Assembly (NCBI RefSeq): GCF_003790525.1
Contig: NZ_CP033635.1
Reading direction: 5' to 3' (one strand)
Length of the DNA stretch: 64,000 nucleotides
DNA from: Escherichia coli
Lineage (GTDB): Bacteria > Pseudomonadota > Gammaproteobacteria > Enterobacterales > Enterobacteriaceae
The notes beneath the pieces were generated by a model, which saw only the letters and a list, made by a program, of their open reading frames with translations, searched no databases and was not told the DNA's origin. Positions 1 through 7,060 of the stretch are shown here, piece after piece. Position 1 is the first letter of the stretch, and every line of letters begins with the position of its first letter. The position numbers and the translations under genes were made by a program.

Positions 1-2
1 GT

Positions 3-272
3 GAAAACCTGATTGTTAATCGCCTCGCCATCCCACATTGCTGGAGCGAACAGGAGCGACGTTTTCGTGGATTTTTTATTACCCTCGCCCAACCGGTTGA
101 GGTGAATAACGAAGTAGTTAACCATGTACTGATCGCCTGTGCCGCCGCCGATGCGCGTCATGAGCTAAAAATATTTAGCTATCTGGCAAGCGTATTGTGC
201 CAGCATCCGGCAGAGGTTATTGCCGGGTTAACAGGATATGAGGCATTTATGGAGTTACTTCACAAGGGGTGA
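3..272 (+). CDS. frvR: 3' end of frvR-like PTS-operon regulator (partial; the window starts inside the gene)
   Basis: The frame is open from the window edge to TGA at 270-272 and translates ENLIVNRLAIPHCWSEQERRFRGFF...YEAFMELLHKG*. The position next to yiiG matches the K-12 order. The ORF track misses it because it has no start codon. Confidence 0.6.
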   Translation, partial: ENLIVNRLAIPHCWSEQERRFRGFFITLAQPVEVNNEVVNHVLIACAAADARHELKIFSYLASVLCQHPAEVIAGLTGYEAFMELLHKG

Positions 273-275
273 ACT

Positions 276-300
276 GTGTCGGATGCGCCGCATCCGACAC
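276..300. terminator. Perfect 12-nt inverted repeat between the convergent frvR and yiiG genes (REP-like hairpin, probably a bidirectional terminator)
   Basis: gtgtcggatgcg / cgcatccgacac arms read directly. The hairpin lies 4 nt after the frvR stop and 28 nt after the yiiG stop. Confidence 0.6.
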
Positions 301-327
301 TGCATTTATCACCAAAATCAAAAACGT

Positions 328-1383
328 TTAACGCAAGCTATTATAGTCATCGACCATTTCGTTGTACTCGCGTAACGCTCGTGGAAATGAGTCGTCGACC
401 ATCCAGCTTGTGTTTGCATCCTGAAGTTGCTCTTTATCCCAGTCAGAATACGGAACTTTATCTCTGACGCGGCGAACATATTTTTTAGCCTCGAGTTGAT
501 ACTGGTCTGCCGAATTAATGAACGAGAAATTCATACCGCCTTTATCCGCTTCTTTGGCCTGCGCCACCAGCGTTTCCAGTTCAGACACTTTCTTCATTGC
601 CGCATCAACATCAAACTTCTCTTGCGATATCAGGTTATTAATTTGTTTCGCTGAAATCATGACTGCCAGAGAATAGTAGTGGAATGTTTTCCCTTCTCTT
701 TCTTCAATATTTTTCAGTTCCGCAAGCTGACGCTTATCATTAATTTCCTGGATCGCCGCATGATAAGATTCGGCTACAGGTTCAAAGGCTTCCAGATTTT
801 TTAAGAATGTCTGGTGCAGCGTTTTCCCTTTCGCAAACGCATCGTCTTTATAATTTTCCTGGGTGTAATATTTATCCATTTCGTTAATGGTATTACCCAA
901 CGCCACGGCAGCATCGATATAACTCACCGCTACGCCATCAATAGGTTGCAGCGCAGGCGTTAACGCCACAGCACTTTTTACGCCTTTTTCACACTCAGCG
1001 AGGCTGGATTCACTAAAGCCGTAGATGCCATAAACAGTACTCTCTTTACCGGTAGGCCCCTGTTTAAAATCTTTCAGCCAGTCAGCATAACGCGCCAGAC
1101 TGCGCTGTACCGGGATCTGTAACTTGTTGTAGCACTTGATATAGACATCCATTTTTTCGTCGAAAACCGCTTGTTCATCGACCACCGGTTGGGCAGGAGT
1201 TTCAGGTTTAACTTCTGCTTTTGCAACGGGAGCTTCAGCAGGTTTCGCTTCAGGAGCTGGTGCGGCAGGTTGACTATTGGCAGGCGGGGGCGTTTCTGTT
1301 TCGGCTTTTTTATCATCACAACCCGTGAGACCGAGGGCCATGATGGCGACTATAATAGCGGAAGATAATAAATTCCTTTTCAT
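328..1383 (-). CDS. yiiG: Lipoprotein YiiG (DUF3829 family), 351 aa
   Basis: The N-terminus MKRNLLSSAIIVAIMALGLTGC carries a lipobox (LTG-C), followed by a Pro/Ala/Glu-rich linker. Length and context match K-12 YiiG. Confidence 0.9.
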   Translation of the reverse strand: MKRNLLSSAIIVAIMALGLTGCDDKKAETETPPPANSQPAAPAPEAKPAEAPVAKAEVKPETPAQPVVDEQAVFDEKMDVYIKCYNKLQIPVQRSLARYADWLKDFKQGPTGKESTVYGIYGFSESSLAECEKGVKSAVALTPALQPIDGVAVSYIDAAVALGNTINEMDKYYTQENYKDDAFAKGKTLHQTFLKNLEAFEPVAESYHAAIQEINDKRQLAELKNIEEREGKTFHYYSLAVMISAKQINNLISQEKFDVDAAMKKVSELETLVAQAKEADKGGMNFSFINSADQYQLEAKKYVRRVRDKVPYSDWDKEQLQDANTSWMVDDSFPRALREYNEMVDDYNSLR

Positions 1384-1497
1384 TTAATTGCCTTATAAAT
1401 ATTTAGATAAGAGAGATAATATTTTAAATGAAAAAATGATCCGTCACTATACACATTTTGCTTATAAACAAACCGAAATCATTCACACTCCGAATAA

Positions 1498-1528
1498 TTC
1501 CTGCGACTTAAAATATAAATCGCAGGAA
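1498..1528 (-). terminator. Candidate terminator hairpin of the two-gene accessory cassette
   Basis: ttcctgcga ... tcgcaggaa arms (9-bp stem, AT-rich loop) lie about 50 nt downstream of the 768-aa ORF stop. On the minus strand a T-rich tract (ttatt) follows. Confidence 0.45.
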
Positions 1529-1577
1529 GCGATTTTAATTACCCGCTCTACCACTGGCGCAGGATATAAACTCTCAC

Positions 1578-3884
1578 CTACATTCCATAACGTTCAGAAA
1601 TAGCAGCATGCTTCTCTTCATTCGCCCCGGCTTCTTTGGCAAGACGCCACCAGCACAACGGATGTTCCCAGTCAGCGGTCAATTCGTGCAAGGTCTTATC
1701 GATATCACCTTTAGAAACTGAACGCGGCGCGCTGATAACAAAGTAGAACGCGGGCAGCGGCTGTGCATCTTCTCCCTGCTGGCTGTCCGTTAACGTATAG
1801 TCCTCGTTACTGTTGCTCCAGTAGTACCAGTTTCGTTCACGGAGCGCCTCACGGAAGGCATTAAACTGTTCTTCACCAGGCATGACACCTTCGCAGAACC
1901 AGGACTCGCCGTACTCAGTCGGGATAATGGTTTGCAGGCAGGCATAAAGTGGCGTGAAATTCTTCCGTTCTTCCTCATCCTCTGGTTGGGTGTTCAATAT
2001 TTCCGCATCGAATACCACAACTTCATCAACATGTTGCGGATAATCGGTCCGGTAAGTTGGCTCAATGATCCTTGCTGTTACCGGCCCAATACGTTGAGCA
2101 TAGTAATAGCGGTATTCATAATTTTCCCGGAAGCGAATGTTTAGCAGTCCCCATTTTTCGTCGATAAAACCTTCACCTTCCGTAAGTTCGATTTCCAGTT
2201 CAGCTGCAATAGCACGAACCAAATCCCATTGTTGCAGGATGCTGGCGGTCGCCATGATATCCCACTGGATATTACGAATATCTTCTTCACGGCTAATCAT
2301 CAGTTGCTGCAATTGTTGTAAATAATCCAGCTGTCGATCCCAGGCTTCCTGTTTTTGTGCTGCCCAGGAGCACATGCGATAAACGCCGATCCACTCACGC
2401 CCTTTTTCGTTTTGCAGCAACTGGTGCCCAATCGACTCGAGTTCACTCCAGTCTTCCTGTTGGTTGATCACTCGCGCACGGAACCACAAGGCCATATGTA
2501 GCAGCCCCGCCTGTTCATACTGCTTCGCCAGGTGCTCAATGGTTTGCAGATCGTCACGGTGGAGCAATAAATCCAACAGATCGAAGCAAAGACCATTATC
2601 TTCCTGGATGTGGCTTTCGACGTAGCGTTGCAGAAGTTCAATCGACTCATCAATCGCATTACAGGCGTTTAACGCATTGACCAGTTTGCCCAGCAATTCC
2701 GCATCATCTGGCGCGTTCAGGTAAGCGCGGCGGAATGTTTCGACGTCTTTTTCTGGATCTGGCTGCGTTTCTTCATCGCTATTTTCAGGTACTTCTACAA
2801 CCGGACGAGCAAGCAACTCTGCTTCTTTGGCGGCGATTTTTTCACTCAGTTCGAGAAACTCACGATCAACCCCCAGTAACACGCGTAATTTTGGCATGTG
2901 TCGCTGGGCCAGTTTCATCGCTATTTTGGCAACCCAGACGGATTCACGCTCCAGCGCCAGGGTAATTTGCAGTTTCGCCAGATCAACCACTTTGCGGTGC
3001 GCTCCGGCCTGCGAGCGGTGCTCCAGCATTTTTTGGATGATGCGCGCCAGTTGCCAGTTGTTTCTTTGTGGATGACGGGGAAGTAACACAGTAATGATTT
3101 TCAGCCATGACCCCCATGAATGGGGAGTCAGATCTGACCAACGCGGTAATTCCTCCCAGACTTCTTCGTCCTGCCCGCATAACGCCATGATGTACAGTTT
3201 TTTGAGGTGATTACTAATGCGGTCGCGGCCCCAGTAATCATTGGCTTCTGTCAGCTCATCAATCAGTATGCGTGCTTCATCATAACGCTGAAGTTCAATC
3301 AGAATATCGGCACGAGTATAAAGTAATGCATCAATATCATCTTCCCCGGCTGCTTTAACTGCGTCGATTTGTCGATCCAGATAAGCCAGTGCCTCCTCTA
3401 TTCTTTTGGAATCTATCAGTGCACTGGCATATTCAGTGGACAAACACTGAAAACAGCTCCAGGTCGGATCAATCCGCGCGATGGTTTCTTCACATACCGC
3501 CATACGTTCATTCGCCCAGCCAGGTGCATCAATATTTTCGTAGCAGGCGGATAAATCCTGGGTAACGCAGATAGATTGTGGGCAATCTTTTGTCTCTTCC
3601 CGGTGCGCTTTTTCAAACAGCGCTACCACGTCTGGCAGCACCTTTTCACCTTCTTCATAGTTAGTCAGGCGATGACGCATTTCCCAGTGACCAATAAATA
3701 TTTCCAGCCACGGATTTTTTGCCACCTGGGTAAGTGCTTTTACTTCAGGTAACAGCGAATCGCACTTTTCCATTTGCAGGTGCATAACGCCTTCCGAATA
3801 ATCATCGATAAGTTGCGGAATATACTCCTGCCCGGCATCGCGTAACTCCTTAGTATATTTGTGATACCACTCCCATATATCCAT
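1578..3884 (-). CDS. 768-aa helical-repeat (TPR-like) protein of unknown function, partner of the Hsp90 paralog
   Basis: Long uninterrupted ORF whose ATG (3884-3882) lies 1 nt after the upstream gene's TAA. The N-terminal ~550 aa are rich in Leu/Ala/Glu/Trp amphipathic segments such as ALLYTRADILIELQRYDEARILIDELTEA (TPR-like). It has a Cys cluster (C101-x4-C106, C114, C131, C144-x2-C147). The C-terminal ~200 aa show no recognisable motif. No signal peptide or TM segment. Confidence 0.8.
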   Translation of the reverse strand: MDIWEWYHKYTKELRDAGQEYIPQLIDDYSEGVMHLQMEKCDSLLPEVKALTQVAKNPWLEIFIGHWEMRHRLTNYEEGEKVLPDVVALFEKAHREETKDCPQSICVTQDLSACYENIDAPGWANERMAVCEETIARIDPTWSCFQCLSTEYASALIDSKRIEEALAYLDRQIDAVKAAGEDDIDALLYTRADILIELQRYDEARILIDELTEANDYWGRDRISNHLKKLYIMALCGQDEEVWEELPRWSDLTPHSWGSWLKIITVLLPRHPQRNNWQLARIIQKMLEHRSQAGAHRKVVDLAKLQITLALERESVWVAKIAMKLAQRHMPKLRVLLGVDREFLELSEKIAAKEAELLARPVVEVPENSDEETQPDPEKDVETFRRAYLNAPDDAELLGKLVNALNACNAIDESIELLQRYVESHIQEDNGLCFDLLDLLLHRDDLQTIEHLAKQYEQAGLLHMALWFRARVINQQEDWSELESIGHQLLQNEKGREWIGVYRMCSWAAQKQEAWDRQLDYLQQLQQLMISREEDIRNIQWDIMATASILQQWDLVRAIAAELEIELTEGEGFIDEKWGLLNIRFRENYEYRYYYAQRIGPVTARIIEPTYRTDYPQHVDEVVVFDAEILNTQPEDEEERKNFTPLYACLQTIIPTEYGESWFCEGVMPGEEQFNAFREALRERNWYYWSNSNEDYTLTDSQQGEDAQPLPAFYFVISAPRSVSKGDIDKTLHELTADWEHPLCWWRLAKEAGANEEKHAAISERYGM

Positions 3885-3885
3885 T

Positions 3886-5721
3886 TTATTTTCCTTGATT
3901 AATTAAGACAGGAATAACCTGAGTAAAATCTTCCAGTGCCTGGTGTAAATCCCACTGCTGTTCTTTATTACCGCTGGAGCACAAAATCACTTTCAGCGAT
4001 TTTAATAAGCGTAATGCCGCTGCGGGCTGTTGCTGGTGTTGTAATGCCGTCACCAGTTGCATGATGCAAGGGTTATTAAGGTTGATGTATAAACTTGAGG
4101 TTTTCGTTTTTTGGATTTGTGAAGTAAATTGCCGCGCCAGCATTAACGCTGCGGTGCTGATGCGTTTATCTGCGTCATCCTGTTCGAGAATTTGTTTTAA
4201 TTCTGCTTCGCGGTCTGGCGTAACCACTAACGGTAAAACGGCGGGTTCGAAGCGGGAGATAATTAATTGCTCGCCATCGCAGAGATGCTCTTCCAGATAA
4301 GCTACCTGCTCTTCGGGTAATTCCGCCAGGCTGAACAACTGCTCATTACCTGTTTGCGTACCGACTTCGACAATCCGGCAGTGATATAACAGCGCCCAGC
4401 GACGTAAAAATGGCACGACGGCATAGCGATCGCCACGGGCAACGGGCCGTTGCAGAATGTGGAACAACATCTCTTCAAAACCGCCGTCGCGGCTTAACAG
4501 AATATGAATGCTGTTATTAACGCGTAAATCCTTCGCCAGCAACGCCCCTTTTGACGTTGGCACCTGCAAGCGATCTTTGAGCAAATCAAACAGACGGTCA
4601 TCACATAATGCCGCACCGAGCAACGCTTCGTTGTGGCGCATTAATACACGCCGCCAGATTTCTGGCTGATTTTGTGCGAGATCGGACAAACCAGAAATCA
4701 GCGCCTCTTTTAACGCCTCCTGCACCGCAACCCAGGTTTCGTCCCGCTGGAGATCTTCCCGGCTCGCCGTAGGCGTTAGTTTCGATGACTCAATCACGCC
4801 GCCAATAAATCCGGCCCAGGGAGGTAACAACTCACGCGCTTCATCATCCAGTAACATACCGCGCAAAAACAGCGACAGGTTGCGGTTATCGCTGGTGCCG
4901 TAGGTTGCGCCATCCTGAATCCATAAAATCCCAACCGCGTCGCTCATCCCCACGGGCACCACCGGAATGGTGCAAATCGGTTCGAAGGAGGATTCAAACT
5001 GGGCGGCAAAGGCGAGATTTTTACGCTGTACCAGCGCGCGGTGCATGGTTACGCCTTCGGGGGCAACTTCACGCCACGGTGGTTGAAGTTTATTTACCGG
5101 CTCGCTGGCATCGCCGACATAGACCGGTTCGTGCAGCAATATACAGTAGCGGGAAAGAACGCGGTTCAGCAAATTGTTACTCGCCAGATGGCTGTACTCT
5201 TCTTTGAGCGTCAGAATCACCTGCGTACCCGTTTCCGAGGACTGATGCGGCGTAACGGTATATTTTTGCCCGTCGGTAGAGTGGTATTTCCAGCTCTGAT
5301 CCGGCGTTTGCCAGGATGTGGTCAACACCGTGACCTCTTTCGCCAACACAAAGGCCGACAAAAAACCGAGGCCGAACATACCAATTAAACCGGTGTTGTC
5401 ATCCTGCTGGCGCAACATTCGGGTATAACCCACGCCTACTGTCGCCAGGAAGCCGTGAATTTCACTTTCTGTCAGTCCAGCGCCAGTATCGCTAATAGTG
5501 ATAGTGGACTTCGCCACGTCTGCCACCACACGAATCGCGTTATCCTTTGGTGCATCGGGCTGCTCAATCCTGCGGCGAACGATCGCATCATGGCCGTTCT
5601 GCACCAGCTCGCGCACGGCAACCACGGGAGTGGAGTAAAGATGCTTACTGAGCACCTCAATTAAGCCGTTTAAATTAACTTCTGTAGAATATGAACTACC
5701 AGGTAACTGTAATGTACTCAT
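3886..5721 (-). CDS. Hsp90/HtpG-family GHKL ATPase paralog, 611 aa
   Basis: The protein aligns by eye with E. coli HtpG. TEVNLNGLIEVLSKHLYS...VRELVQNGHDA matches SEVKQLLHLMIHSLYS...LRELISNASDA. TITISDTGAGLT matches TLTISDNGVGMT, and LIGMFGLGFLSAFVLAKEVTVLT matches [23 protein letters not shown]. The middle-domain segment FIGGVIESSKLTPTASREDLQRD matches [23 protein letters not shown]. Confidence 0.88.
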   Translation of the reverse strand: MSTLQLPGSSYSTEVNLNGLIEVLSKHLYSTPVVAVRELVQNGHDAIVRRRIEQPDAPKDNAIRVVADVAKSTITISDTGAGLTESEIHGFLATVGVGYTRMLRQQDDNTGLIGMFGLGFLSAFVLAKEVTVLTTSWQTPDQSWKYHSTDGQKYTVTPHQSSETGTQVILTLKEEYSHLASNNLLNRVLSRYCILLHEPVYVGDASEPVNKLQPPWREVAPEGVTMHRALVQRKNLAFAAQFESSFEPICTIPVVPVGMSDAVGILWIQDGATYGTSDNRNLSLFLRGMLLDDEARELLPPWAGFIGGVIESSKLTPTASREDLQRDETWVAVQEALKEALISGLSDLAQNQPEIWRRVLMRHNEALLGAALCDDRLFDLLKDRLQVPTSKGALLAKDLRVNNSIHILLSRDGGFEEMLFHILQRPVARGDRYAVVPFLRRWALLYHCRIVEVGTQTGNEQLFSLAELPEEQVAYLEEHLCDGEQLIISRFEPAVLPLVVTPDREAELKQILEQDDADKRISTAALMLARQFTSQIQKTKTSSLYINLNNPCIMQLVTALQHQQQPAAALRLLKSLKVILCSSGNKEQQWDLHQALEDFTQVIPVLINQGK

Positions 5722-5987
5722 TTTTCAATACTCATAATCCATCACCTACTATTGAAAATACATCGCTGTTTTTACAACCGGTGCAAGGTTTGTTATTTCA
5801 TTCACTCATCGGAAACATTTATTTATTGACGCGATGATTAAAACAAAATGTCTTATATAAATAATGATTAATTCTTAAAGGATTAATGCGACTGGAGTAT
5901 ATCGATATAACCCGGAGTTAACGAGATAATTTCTTGTGGTGAAATTATTATTTGAATGCTGAATAATATATTGAGGATTATTTAATA

Positions 5988-6024
5988 GAAAAATAAAACC
6001 GCAATCCAGAATCAGAATTGCGGT
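5988..6024 (-). terminator. Rho-independent terminator of fdhD
   Basis: accgcaat / attgcggt stem (5998-6005 and 6017-6024) immediately after the fdhD stop, followed on the minus strand by tttatttttc. Confidence 0.7.
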
Positions 6025-6030
6025 ATTTCT

Positions 6031-6867
6031 TTAATTATGAATCAAACGCTGCGGATGGGTATAAACCGTTGCCCGACCCGGTTTACAAAAACCTACCAGT
6101 GTCAGATTACAGCGCTCAGCCACTTCTACAGCAAGCGTGGTCGCGGCAGACACCGCAAACAAAATCTCTACGCCGCACATCGCTGACTTTTGCACCATTT
6201 CATAACTGGCACGGCTGGAAACCAGCACCGCACCTTGCTGCCAGCTTTCCCCTTCTTGTGACCGGCGGCCTAACAGTTTGTCCAGCGCCACATGGCGACC
6301 CACGTCTTCATGCCCGCCGACCAGTTCGCCAGATGGCAACATCCAGGCGGCGGCGTGAGTACAACCGGTCAGTTGCCCCACTGGCTGAAAATCATTGAGA
6401 TGACGTAATGCATCATCCAGTTTGTTGAGATCAAACGTCTGGGTGAACGGTAGCGGCTGCACCGGTTTTCCGATGTCATTAAGTTGCTCCACGCCGCACA
6501 CGCCACATCCCGTACGTCCCGCCAGTGCCCGGCGACGCTCCTTCAACCCCATAAAGCGGCGGCTGGAAAGCTCAATTTGCACTTCCAGACCATTACAGGA
6601 AGGAACGACATCCATACCGAAGATATCGCGCGGACTTTCGATAATCCCCTCGGAAAGCGAAAAACCGAGCGCAAAGTACTCAAGGTCTTTGGGTGACGCC
6701 ATCATCACTACATGCGAAATGCCGTTGTAGACCAGCGCAACGGGAACCTCTTCCGCCACCTCATCTAACCGTGGGTGTTGTAAATCATCACGCCGCCATA
6801 ACTCAATTTGACGAACACCTGTGACACTTGTCACATTTTCGATTTCTTTTTGCTGTGTTTTTTTCAC
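6031..6867 (-). CDS. fdhD: Formate dehydrogenase sulfurtransferase/accessory protein FdhD
   Basis: The 278-aa ORF is divergent from fdoG. The sequence ([12 protein letters not shown]...GCGVCG...) and context match K-12 FdhD. Confidence 0.95.
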   Translation of the reverse strand: MKKTQQKEIENVTSVTGVRQIELWRRDDLQHPRLDEVAEEVPVALVYNGISHVVMMASPKDLEYFALGFSLSEGIIESPRDIFGMDVVPSCNGLEVQIELSSRRFMGLKERRRALAGRTGCGVCGVEQLNDIGKPVQPLPFTQTFDLNKLDDALRHLNDFQPVGQLTGCTHAAAWMLPSGELVGGHEDVGRHVALDKLLGRRSQEGESWQQGAVLVSSRASYEMVQKSAMCGVEILFAVSAATTLAVEVAERCNLTLVGFCKPGRATVYTHPQRLIHN

Positions 6868-7060
6868 TTTCTCTTAACCAGATAAGAACACACACACCAA
6901 CATTATGGTATTCTGTTACAAACCCTTCCTGGATGGAGGGAAATTGAGCCAATTCTGGACCTTTGCGGCCCCTTCCGCAAAGAAAAATAACTCCCACTCC
7001 CTGCACACGCAGCAAGCGAATGTAAATGGGACGTGACAATGTCGAAACAAGGAGCAATCC

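Noticed and set aside
1388-1603. 71-aa plus-strand ORF between yiiG and the 768-aa gene
   Set aside because: It starts at a TTG in an AT-rich spacer, spans the cassette's terminator hairpin, overlaps the end of the 768-aa gene, and has no RBS or motif.
1384-6030. Search for mobile-element hallmarks around the Hsp90-paralog cassette (integrase, IS, tRNA target, direct repeats)
   Set aside because: I found none. Only chance-level 8-mers (tcattcac, gagataat) are shared between the two flanking spacers, so I do not call a mobile element or att sites.
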